From: Candidatus Nomurabacteria bacterium
GTDB taxonomy: Bacteria > Patescibacteriota > Minisyncoccia > Phycocordibacterales > UBA9973
Length of the DNA stretch: 62,813 nt
Assembly (NCBI GenBank): GCA_943359365.1
Contig: CALRHG010000001.1
Coordinates: 1 to 62,813 of the forward strand
Direction of reading: 5' to 3'
The notes below the pieces were generated by a model. The model had not been told where the DNA came from. It did no database searches and was given only the letters and a program-made list of their open reading frames with translations. A program made the position numbers and the translations under genes. Positions 9,257-17,301 of this stretch are shown here, in pieces; position 1 is the stretch's first letter; every line of letters starts with the position of its first letter.

Positions 9257-11746
9257 GTGTTTTCATCAACCAAAATAGGTTATAATAAGGAAGTGAAGAA
9301 AATATTTTTTCTCGTGCTGGTTTTGTTTACTCTCGCTTCTTTTTCTGTATCTGCGCAAATTACCACTTCCACTATCACATTAAAAGATGTTCCGCCTAAA
9401 GTTAAAATTATTTTAGAGGAATATCAAAAAGTAAAGAAAGAGACTTATTCTTGCAAGAATGGTACTCAAGATTGCCTTAACTCTGTTGGTGCTGGCGATA
9501 AGGTTTCTTCTGAAGACGATATTTCCTTTTATTATCCCTATTCAAGCAAGGATAATGTCTTCGAAACAAAGACATACACCTATACAGATAGTTTTACAGA
9601 GATTTACCGCAGGAGTGGTTGTGTTATAAATACGCGCTTTAATCAATTGGCTAAGAAAGGGCGTTCAGTAATGAAATGCAATGATCAGGAAAATCCAATT
9701 TATGATGTGGAAACTGGCATGGGTGATCCCGTTTTTGTGTACACCTCTCCTCAATTTGTAGTTGGTGGCGGGAAAACTTTGATACACAAAATCTCTGGTT
9801 ACGATGTTACGCAAGAGATGGCCGAAAGTAGTAAAACCTATCTGGTCCTTGAAGGAGGAAGGTCTGATACTTTTTATCGTATTCTCCTGACCGTATCTGC
9901 GTCGTCAATTTTGCCCGAGAACCGATTTAACGAAGCGGAAGTGGGCACGACGGCAAGAGACGGCTGGTTTTATCGTCCTATCCTGTGCAGCAAAATCAAA
10001 GTCAACGATCATGCAGTAAAAGGCAATTGCACCGTCGACCTTATTGTACGAGGACAAAGTAAAACATATATCACTCCGGTTATCGCTAATGTTCCGTATT
10101 ACACTTACGGTTTTGATATTCTTGTTAACGGAGGCAATCCCTACACGCGCTTCAAAATGGGAGAGAAGTATTTTGATGGTTTTGAACCCGCGGTGGTGCC
10201 GCTCGATAAAGTCCCTAAATCAGCGCGCGAACAAGGGTTCACTCCTTCCGTATCTGTCGCCGAACCGTACCAAGGCAACGCCGCATCTTCAGCAACACAA
10301 CCGGTAGAAATTAAAGAATGTCTACCTGGCCACTTATATAACGCTCGAACCGGCCAGCCTTGCAGCACTGCGCCAATCATTGCGCCTATCATTACTGCTG
10401 CACCAACTATATATAATCTCACCACTACGGTATCCGGCGCTGGAAGTGTCTCGGGCGACGGGGTGAGCTGTGGATATGGCGTGGGCTCTTCTTGTGTAAA
10501 AAGTTTAAACTCCGGTACGGAAGTTACGCTTTCCGCAAGTCCATATTCCGGATATACATTCAGCGGCTGGAGCGGCGCTTGTTCGGGTACGGGTTCATGT
10601 TCAATCAAGCTTGATTCCAATAAATCAGTTTCCGCGGTGTTTGCCCCGCAAGTGATAATACCAATACAGACCACAACGACTCCAATTTATTCATCCTGCG
10701 CCTCAACCACCATAAGTGGCTACTCTGTTCCTGCCAAATCAAACGGAGAGAGCGTGGGTTCCACTAAGTTAACTGCAATATCAAACGGTACTAGTTCTTA
10801 TTCCAGAACTTTTACCTGCAACAGCGGCACATTTACTGCCGGTGCTGAAACTTCAAAGATTACCTGCAATAGCGGGTACTATTCTTCGGACAGACAGTGT
10901 GTTGCAAATGCAGTTTCGGTTACTGCCGTTCCTGTTGCTTGCTCCGCAAGTAGCGTGAACGGATACTCGGTTCCCGCTAGGAACAGCGGAGAGAGCGCGT
11001 CGGTACCTAAATTAACTTCAATATCGAATGGAACCAGAAACTTCTCCGTAGTTTTCTCTTGCAGCAACGGCGCTTTTACCGCTGGTACGGAAACTGAATA
11101 TGTTGATTGCAACACCGGATATTATGCTTCGGGATCGCAGTGTCTGGCCAATCCTGTAACTCCCGCGCCACAAACTTCTTCCGGCCAAATTTCTCTTTCG
11201 AGCATCATACTTGGCGGGGGATTAATCAAAGCGTATTACTCCAATAACACCGGCTATAGCGCTCATCTGGTCAGCGAAGCGACCGGACAAATCATTGGAT
11301 CAGTTGCCTTTGGATCCCAGGGAAACAATCTGGAAGGTTCTTATCCAAGCGCGGGCGTGAATATAAAAATAGGAGATCGAGTAAAAATCTGCCACGGGAA
11401 TAACTACGGAATATGTAGTAGTGTTGTGATAGTTACCGGTTCTTCCGCAAAGCTTAATACTGGGTCGCTGACAGCGAGTGCGATAAATGCAGGAAGTACT
11501 TCTACAACTGAAAATAAAATTGTTGCAAAAAAATTCCGCTTCACAAAATTTCTAGAACAAGGCTCTTACGGAAATGAAGTCAGAGAACTTCAGAAATTCT
11601 TGAGCAACGCCGGATACTACGGCGGAGCTATCGACAGCAATTTCGGTTCAAAAACTAAGGAAGCTTTGATTAAATTTCAGTCGGACAACAAGCTAAAAGC
11701 TGACGGCATATTGGGCTACGAGGTTAGAACTTTTTTGAATAGATAA
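9257..11746 (+). CDS. secreted cell-surface repeat protein with a C-terminal peptidoglycan-binding domain
   Basis: Signal peptide KKIFFLVLVLFTLASFSVSAQ. An InlB-B-repeat-like segment (YTFSGWSGACSGTGSC), two tandem 71-aa Cys modules, and a PG_binding_1-like tail (GNEVRELQKFLSNAGYYGGAIDSNFGSKTKEALIKFQ). The start is more likely GTG 9293, preceded by TAAGGAA. Confidence 0.7.
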   Translation: MFSSTKIGYNKEVKKIFFLVLVLFTLASFSVSAQITTSTITLKDVPPKVKIILEEYQKVKKETYSCKNGTQDCLNSVGAGDKVSSEDDISFYYPYSSKDNVFETKTYTYTDSFTEIYRRSGCVINTRFNQLAKKGRSVMKCNDQENPIYDVETGMGDPVFVYTSPQFVVGGGKTLIHKISGYDVTQEMAESSKTYLVLEGGRSDTFYRILLTVSASSILPENRFNEAEVGTTARDGWFYRPILCSKIKVNDHAVKGNCTVDLIVRGQSKTYITPVIANVPYYTYGFDILVNGGNPYTRFKMGEKYFDGFEPAVVPLDKVPKSAREQGFTPSVSVAEPYQGNAASSATQPVEIKECLPGHLYNARTGQPCSTAPIIAPIITAAPTIYNLTTTVSGAGSVSGDGVSCGYGVGSSCVKSLNSGTEVTLSASPYSGYTFSGWSGACSGTGSCSIKLDSNKSVSAVFAPQVIIPIQTTTTPIYSSCASTTISGYSVPAKSNGESVGSTKLTAISNGTSSYSRTFTCNSGTFTAGAETSKITCNSGYYSSDRQCVANAVSVTAVPVACSASSVNGYSVPARNSGESASVPKLTSISNGTRNFSVVFSCSNGAFTAGTETEYVDCNTGYYASGSQCLANPVTPAPQTSSGQISLSSIILGGGLIKAYYSNNTGYSAHLVSEATGQIIGSVAFGSQGNNLEGSYPSAGVNIKIGDRVKICHGNNYGICSSVVIVTGSSAKLNTGSLTASAINAGSTSTTENKIVAKKFRFTKFLEQGSYGNEVRELQKFLSNAGYYGGAIDSNFGSKTKEALIKFQSDNKLKADGILGYEVRTFLNR

Positions 11747-11806
11747 ATTAGTCGGACAAGACATATTGCAAATTTTATTTGCGCTCAATTCGGGTTGTGA
11801 TACAAT

Positions 11807-12040
11807 GTGAGAGTGAGTACTTCATCATTAAAAAATCGAACAAAAACAATAAATTACGAGAAAAATCTCCGAAAGCTTTTGGGTTGGGAGGATTGGGAAA
11901 CTAAAGTTCTGAGAAAATCATCAGGTATACTAAAAGGCAAGTTAAAAATTTCGCCTGTAGCTTGGCAAAGGAAAATCCGTAAAGAGTGGGACGCTAGACT
12001 AAAAAGGCAATATAAAATTGGGGCACAAAAGTTGGTTTAA
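11807..12040 (+). CDS. putative VapB-like antitoxin
   Basis: Small basic ORF that abuts the PIN-domain gene. The start codon is uncertain (GTG 11807 or 11813). Confidence 0.4.
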   Translation: MRVSTSSLKNRTKTINYEKNLRKLLGWEDWETKVLRKSSGILKGKLKISPVAWQRKIRKEWDARLKRQYKIGAQKLV

Positions 12041-12421
12041 TTGAAGGTGATGTACATTTTAGATTCAAATATTTTAATAGGACATCTGAATGGCAATAAT
12101 TCTATAAAAGATTGGATAAAAGAAAAGGTAACTACAGATTCCTTGTGCATATCGACAATTAGTAAAATAGAACTTTTAAGTTTTCCAGGTCTAGAGGGAA
12201 ATGATTTGTATGAAGCAGAAAAATTTGTAAGTCTGTTTCAAGAAATAGGTATTTGGGGCAGTGTCGCTTCGCTTTCAGCAGATTTAAAAAGGAATTCAAA
12301 TTTTTCTTTAGCTGATGCAATCATTCTCGCTACTGCCATATCAAGGAGGATGACTTTAGTCACGAACGATAAGGCACTAATAACAAAAGCAAAAAATTTA
12401 GTGGAAACATTATCAATTTGA
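12041..12421 (+). CDS. vapC: PIN-domain ribonuclease toxin VapC
   Basis: YILDSNILI (first acidic residue) and DAIILATAISRRMTLVTNDKAL motifs. The start is probably ATG 12050, after GAAGGTG. Confidence 0.8.
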   Translation: MKVMYILDSNILIGHLNGNNSIKDWIKEKVTTDSLCISTISKIELLSFPGLEGNDLYEAEKFVSLFQEIGIWGSVASLSADLKRNSNFSLADAIILATAISRRMTLVTNDKALITKAKNLVETLSI

Positions 12422-12464
12422 GTTTGACTTTAGAACGTAATACTAATATAGTTGTACCATATAC

Positions 12465-12710
12465 ATGAGTGACCTCAAAAATGAAAAAATGTTGATTGTG
12501 AAGGGGGTTGTCACCGAAGCTCTGCCCTCGACCTTGTTTCGCGTGGAAATAGCGGACAAAACACCGGAAAATAGTGAAGGCAAAAAAGAAATTCTGGCAT
12601 ATCTGGGGGGAAAGATGCGCATGCATAGGATAAAAGTTTTAATCGGAGACGGGGTCGAAGTCGTGCTCGATCCCTATGGGGGAAAGGGGAGAATAGTCAA
12701 GAGGCTGTAA
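12465..12710 (+). CDS. infA: translation initiation factor IF-1
   Basis: S1-like fold sequence VKGVVTEALPSTLFRVE...ILAYLGGKMRMHRIKVLIGDGVEVVLDPY. Confidence 0.9.
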   Translation: MSDLKNEKMLIVKGVVTEALPSTLFRVEIADKTPENSEGKKEILAYLGGKMRMHRIKVLIGDGVEVVLDPYGGKGRIVKRL

Positions 12711-12842
12711 CAGCTTGTAATTTTTTCAATAATGGTGTATTATAACGCTTACAGTTCTAATGATGGTTTTTAGAAAATAATAGCTTGAAAAATAAGGGTA
12801 TTTTCCTTGTTTTTCGTTTTTATTTGTTTGCTCGAAAATTTT

Positions 12843-12953
12843 ATGAAAATCAGATCAGCCGTAAAAAAAATTTGTGATAATTGCAAAATGGTTAGACGCC
12901 AAAGGCATTTAAGAATAACTTGCTCGAATCCCAAGCATAAGCAAAAACAATAA
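12843..12953 (+). CDS. rpmJ: 50S ribosomal protein L36 (not in the ORF track, 36 aa)
   Basis: Manual translation gives [36 protein letters not shown]. It sits in the canonical position between infA and rpsM. Confidence 0.9.
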   Translation: MKIRSAVKKICDNCKMVRRQRHLRITCSNPKHKQKQ

Positions 12954-12955
12954 TT

Positions 12956-13336
12956 ATGAGAATTCTCGGTATCACGGTGCCAAATGAAAAAAGATTGGAA
13001 ATTGGGCTTACCTGCTTTTATGGTATTGGCGTTTCCAAAGCTCGTAAAATTTTAGACCAAGTTGGAATTGATCGAGGCAAGAAGGCCAAAGATTTAACTT
13101 TAGACGAAGAGAATAAAATTCGTGTCGTAGTCGAAAGTATTCCAATAGAAGGAAATCTAAAGAGAGAGATATCAGCCAACATCAAAAGAATCAAGGACAT
13201 AAAAAGTTACAGGGGCATTCGCCACACAAAGAGATTGCCGGTTCGCGGACAGAGAACGAAAACTAATTCCCGAACGGTCCGAGGCAATGTCAGAAAGACG
13301 ATGGCGTCCGGCAAGAGAAAGGAGACTAAGACATAA
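12956..13336 (+). CDS. rpsM: 30S ribosomal protein S13
   Basis: MRILGITVPNEKRLEIGLTCFYGIG..., YRGIRHTKRLPVRGQRTKTN. Confidence 0.95.
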   Translation: MRILGITVPNEKRLEIGLTCFYGIGVSKARKILDQVGIDRGKKAKDLTLDEENKIRVVVESIPIEGNLKREISANIKRIKDIKSYRGIRHTKRLPVRGQRTKTNSRTVRGNVRKTMASGKRKETKT

Positions 13337-13338
13337 AA

Positions 13339-13776
13339 ATGACGAAAGCTAAAACCACAACCGAAGAAGTGAAGAAGCCTGAAGGAGAAGAAGTCCTGAA
13401 GAAGGAAGCTCCCAAGACGCCTAAAAAGAAAGTAGTTTCCGGAATTCTTTCTATTGATGCCACTTTCAACAACACCAAAGTGCTTTTCGCGGACAAAGGA
13501 GGCAACACCTTATTTTGGTCTAGCGCGGGGAGCTTAGGATTTAGGGGTGCGAAAAAGGGAACTCCTTTTGCGGCTTCCAAGGTTGGTGATGTGATCGGGA
13601 GCAAGGCGGCGATGCTAGGAGTAAAAGACGCTGATGTAGTAGTCTTAGGAGTCGGTTCCGGTCGGGAGCCGGCGATCAGAGCATTCATGGCTCACGGGAT
13701 TGAGATCACGGGTGTTGCCGATGCGACGCCGGTGCCGCACAACGGACCGAAGGCCAAGAAGCCGCGAAGAGTTTAG
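13339..13776 (+). CDS. rpsK: 30S ribosomal protein S11
   Basis: ATFNNTKVLFADKGGNTLFWSSAGSLGFRGAKKGTPFAA; operon position. Confidence 0.95.
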   Translation: MTKAKTTTEEVKKPEGEEVLKKEAPKTPKKKVVSGILSIDATFNNTKVLFADKGGNTLFWSSAGSLGFRGAKKGTPFAASKVGDVIGSKAAMLGVKDADVVVLGVGSGREPAIRAFMAHGIEITGVADATPVPHNGPKAKKPRRV

Positions 13777-13815
13777 TAAAACTCTTCAAGATTTAAATAT
13801 TTAAATATAAAAATT

Positions 13816-14421
13816 ATGATACAAAAACCAAAATTTAAAATCTGCAGAAGGCTCGGTCCGGGAGTATATGACAAATGTCAGACTGCCAAGTTTTCGGCTA
13901 CGACAGGCAAGATGGCTCTTGCCGGAGCCCGCCGCCCGAAGGCTCCTACAGAATACGGAGCGCAGCTCATTGAAAAACAAAAAATCCGCTTCTCTTATGG
14001 CATAACTGAACGCCAACTCTCTAATTACGTCAAAAAAGCTTCTCTCGCAAAAGGCACCAACAGCGCTGAAGGCCTCTATGAAGGACTCGAGACTCGACTT
14101 GATAACGTAATCTACCGAATGGGTTTGGGTGCGAGCCGCCGAGCTTGCCGCCAAATGGTTTCTCACGGGCATTTTATCGTAAATAACAAAAGAGTCACTA
14201 TTCCTTCATACGAAGTGAAGTCCGGAGATATCATAAAGATACGCGAAGGTTCCAAGGCAAAGAAAATTTTTAATAACATAGCCGATAAGTTAAAAGAATA
14301 CAATCCGCCGGTCTGGGTAAGTTTTGACACAGGTACTCTGGAGGGGAAAATTTTAAATAAACCAAAAAATACAGAAAGCTTTATTGACCTTAACGCCGTA
14401 TTGGAGTTTTATAGTAGATAA
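13816..14421 (+). CDS. rpsD: 30S ribosomal protein S4
   Basis: CRRLG..., YGAQLIEKQKIRFSYGITERQ, and an S4 domain (RLDNVIYRMGLGASRRACRQMVSHGHFIVNNKRV). Confidence 0.95.
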   Translation: MIQKPKFKICRRLGPGVYDKCQTAKFSATTGKMALAGARRPKAPTEYGAQLIEKQKIRFSYGITERQLSNYVKKASLAKGTNSAEGLYEGLETRLDNVIYRMGLGASRRACRQMVSHGHFIVNNKRVTIPSYEVKSGDIIKIREGSKAKKIFNNIADKLKEYNPPVWVSFDTGTLEGKILNKPKNTESFIDLNAVLEFYSR

Positions 14422-14468
14422 ATAAGTTAATTTTTAATAATTGATTATTAGTATAAAAAAATATTATT

Positions 14469-15449
14469 ATGCCTGAATATAAAATTGTTATGCCTTCGAA
14501 GCCTAGAGTCGTAGTGGAAGAGGGAAATAAGGGAGTGTTTGAAATAGATGGTCTCTATCCGGGGTATGGTCATACTCTGGGAAACAGTTTGCGAAGAATT
14601 ATTCTCTCTTCGCTTCCGGGCGCCTCTATCACCTCCATAAAAATTGACGGCGTCAGCCACGAATTCCAAACTCTCGATGGAATCAAAGAAGATGTGATTG
14701 TGATGATTTTAAATTTGAAAAAGACCCGTTTCAAGATGCTCTCAGATGAGCCTCAGACAGTCACCCTTTCAGTCAAAGGTCCGAAGGAAGTTACTGCGGA
14801 AAATATAAAAACCGGCGGACAGGTGGAAATTTTGAATCCTGAGCTTCATATCGCGGAAGTTACCGGCAAAGTGAATTTAAATATTGAAATGAGGATTGAG
14901 AAAGGACTAGGCTTTATTTCCAAAGAGGCTTTTCAAAAAGAAAAAGTTGATGTCGGCACTATCGCCGTCGATGCTATTTTCACGCCTATCCGTCGAGTTT
15001 CCTACGAAGTTGAAAACATGCGTGTCGGCGACAAGACCAACCACAATCGTCTTCGCATCTCTATCGAGACAGACGGCACCCTCTCTCCGCGCGAAGCGCT
15101 TTCAAATTCTATCGCCATCATGATCAATCAGCTGAAAGCGGTGATTGATTTTAAAGAGCCGGAAGAGGAAGTGAAAGTTGAAAAAGAAAAGAAGGGCGAA
15201 GAAAAAGCTGAAGAGGCAGATGATGCCAAGAAGGGAGATGCTTTTGCAGATGTTTTGAAAACTCGAACTGACGGCCTTGATCTTTCCACGAGAACTCTCA
15301 ACGCTTTGACTGGCGCGAATATTCGCACATTGGGCGGGCTTGCACGAAAGAAGAGAGAAGATTTGCTCGAAGTCGAAGGCATCGGCGAGAAGGGAATTTC
15401 TGAAATCAAAAAAGTGTTAAGCAAGTTTGGCCTTAATTTAAAAGACTAA
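14469..15449 (+). CDS. rpoA: DNA-directed RNA polymerase alpha subunit
   Basis: GHTLGNSLRRILLSSLPGASITS and a C-terminal domain (LDLSTRTLNALTGANIRTLGGL). Confidence 0.95.
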   Translation: MPEYKIVMPSKPRVVVEEGNKGVFEIDGLYPGYGHTLGNSLRRIILSSLPGASITSIKIDGVSHEFQTLDGIKEDVIVMILNLKKTRFKMLSDEPQTVTLSVKGPKEVTAENIKTGGQVEILNPELHIAEVTGKVNLNIEMRIEKGLGFISKEAFQKEKVDVGTIAVDAIFTPIRRVSYEVENMRVGDKTNHNRLRISIETDGTLSPREALSNSIAIMINQLKAVIDFKEPEEEVKVEKEKKGEEKAEEADDAKKGDAFADVLKTRTDGLDLSTRTLNALTGANIRTLGGLARKKREDLLEVEGIGEKGISEIKKVLSKFGLNLKD

Positions 15450-15455
15450 TATTTT

Positions 15456-15809
15456 ATGAGACACGGAAATAACAAAAGAAAATTCGGCAGAGTCAGGAAA
15501 GTTCGCAAGGCGCTCATCAATATTCTCGCACTCAATTTAATCATACGCGGAAAAATCAAGACCACCGAGCCCAAAGCCAAAGAGCTTCGCCCTTTCATCG
15601 AGAAATTGGTGACCGGCGCGAAAAAGGGAGACGCGGCGACGAGGAGAAATATAATTTCCAAGCTGGCAAACCGCCGACCGGAAGTCAAAAAGCTTTTTGA
15701 TGTCATTGCTCCGAAATACAAAGACCGAAAAGGCGGATATACCCGAGTCATAAAATTGGGTTCGAGAAAATCCGACGGCGCGCCTATGGCGATAATCGAA
15801 TTTGTGTAA
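15456..15809 (+). CDS. rplQ: 50S ribosomal protein L17
   Basis: MRHGNNKRKFGR..., GGYTRVIKLGSRKSDGAPMAIIEFV. Confidence 0.95.
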   Translation: MRHGNNKRKFGRVRKVRKALINILALNLIIRGKIKTTEPKAKELRPFIEKLVTGAKKGDAATRRNIISKLANRRPEVKKLFDVIAPKYKDRKGGYTRVIKLGSRKSDGAPMAIIEFV

Positions 15810-15839
15810 TTTAGATAAATGATTTAGTATCAGAATACA

Positions 15840-16202
15840 ATGACAAAAACAGCAACAACAATTAAAACCATAGACGCAAGCGGACGAACTCTCGGCAGGG
15901 TAGCCACAGAAGTGGCAGTTTCTCTCATGGGTAAGACCAAGGCTTCTTTCGAGCGTAATCACTATTCCGGTTCTCCGGTCAAAGTCGTCAATGCTTCCAA
16001 GCTTCGCATAACGCCTAAAAAGTTGGAGCACATTTACCACACTCGATATTCAGGCATTCCAGGCGGGCTTCGCACCATCAAAGGCACAGAAACAGCCGAG
16101 AAGATGGGCTTGAAAGAGCTTATCAGGCTTTCAGTTCACCAGATGCTTCCGGGAAATAAATTGCGCCGAACAATGCTGAAGAATTTAAAAATAGAAGATT
16201 AA
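15840..16202 (+). CDS. rplM: 50S ribosomal protein L13
   Basis: DASGRTLGRVATEVAVSLMGK..., YHTRYSGIPGGLR, MLPGNKL. Confidence 0.9.
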   Translation: MTKTATTIKTIDASGRTLGRVATEVAVSLMGKTKASFERNHYSGSPVKVVNASKLRITPKKLEHIYHTRYSGIPGGLRTIKGTETAEKMGLKELIRLSVHQMLPGNKLRRTMLKNLKIED

Positions 16203-16220
16203 TTTTAAAAAGAAAACAGA

Positions 16221-16637
16221 ATGGATAAAGAAACAAAAGAAAAATACATAGAGGCTGTGGGACGAAGAAAGACTTCGACTGCGCGCGTGCGAATAACGGA
16301 GGCGAGCAAGGCGAATTTTGTCGTGAACGGCAAAGAAGCGAAAGAATATTTCAAAACAGAAGGCGAACGCCGACTGATTCTAGATCCGATGGTCAAAGGT
16401 TTGCCGACTGGCTCTACCAAAAAGTGGAGCGTGGAAGTTCATGTCATGGGCGGCGGAGTGCACAGCCAAGCCGAAGCGATCCGTCATGGTCTCTCCCGAG
16501 CGCTCGTCCTCTCCGATATAGAATTACGCGGAAGTTTGAAAACTCTAGGATTCCTAAAACGCGACCCAAGAGCGAAAGAAAGACGCAAATTCGGACTCAA
16601 AAAAGCTCGCAAGGCGCCACAATGGTCAAAGAGATAA
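16221..16637 (+). CDS. rpsI: 30S ribosomal protein S9
   Basis: GRRKTSTARVRI..., GGGVHSQAEAIRHGLSRAL, RDPRAKERRKFGLKKARKAPQWSKR. Confidence 0.95.
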   Translation: MDKETKEKYIEAVGRRKTSTARVRITEASKANFVVNGKEAKEYFKTEGERRLILDPMVKGLPTGSTKKWSVEVHVMGGGVHSQAEAIRHGLSRALVLSDIELRGSLKTLGFLKRDPRAKERRKFGLKKARKAPQWSKR

Positions 16638-16639
16638 CA

Positions 16640-16670
16640 AAAAATCCCTCTTTCAAGAGGGATTTTTTTA
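16640..16670 (+). terminator. intrinsic terminator after rpsI
   Basis: AAAAATCCCTCTT-TCAA-GAGGGATTTTTTT hairpin followed by a T-run. Confidence 0.75.
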
Positions 16671-16685
16671 TGTTAATATGAATTT

Positions 16686-17267
16686 ATGTCTGATGAAGAA
16701 ATTAAAAAAGAACCTGAAAATATAGCTTCGGAAGAGGAAGTTGTTGAATTCGAATTCAACGAAGACGGCGAGGAGGACTTGAAGAAGACTCTCAAGAAAT
16801 TGCGGGAGGATTTGAAGACGGCTAAAAAGGAGAAGGAAGAATATTTGACCGGCTGGCAGAAAGAGCGGGCGGATTTTGCTAATTACAAAAAAAATGAGGA
16901 GGACAGAAAGGCAATGGTTTCGGAAGCCATGCGCGAGCGGATACTTGCGAAATTTTTAGGAGTTATCGACAGTTTCAACATGGCTTTTGCCAACAAAGAG
17001 TCTTGGGAGAAAGTAGACGAAAATTGGCGGAAGGGTGTGGAATACATTTACGGGCAGATGAATACCATCTTCGAAGAATACGGAGTCAAAGGTGTGGGCG
17101 TTGTCGGCGAACGATTTGATCCGAATATTCACGAGCCGGTGGAAATGGTTGTGACAGACAAAAAAGAACTCGACCACACAGTCGCTAGCGTCATTCAAAA
17201 AGGCTACAAGCTCGGCGAGCGTATTCTGCGTCCGGCGAGGGTGAATGTTTACGAGCTTAAAGAGTAA
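16686..17267 (+). CDS. grpE: nucleotide exchange factor GrpE
   Basis: Acidic N-terminus, coiled-coil region (RERADFANYKK) and a C-terminal FDPNIHEPV...GYKLGERILRPARV. Confidence 0.9.
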   Translation: MSDEEIKKEPENIASEEEVVEFEFNEDGEEDLKKTLKKLREDLKTAKKEKEEYLTGWQKERADFANYKKNEEDRKAMVSEAMRERILAKFLGVIDSFNMAFANKESWEKVDENWRKGVEYIYGQMNTIFEEYGVKGVGVVGERFDPNIHEPVEMVVTDKKELDHTVASVIQKGYKLGERILRPARVNVYELKE

Positions 17268-17273
17268 AAGTCT

Positions 17274-17301
17274 ATTCTAATATTCTATAGAATTATAGAA
17301 T
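17274..17301 (+). promoter_or_regulatory. 28-bp four-hexamer palindrome (promoter/operator), copy 1
   Basis: ATTCTA-AT-ATTCTATAGAAT-TA-TAGAAT. The TAGAAT at 17288-17293 ends 6 nt before ATG 17300. Confidence 0.6.
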
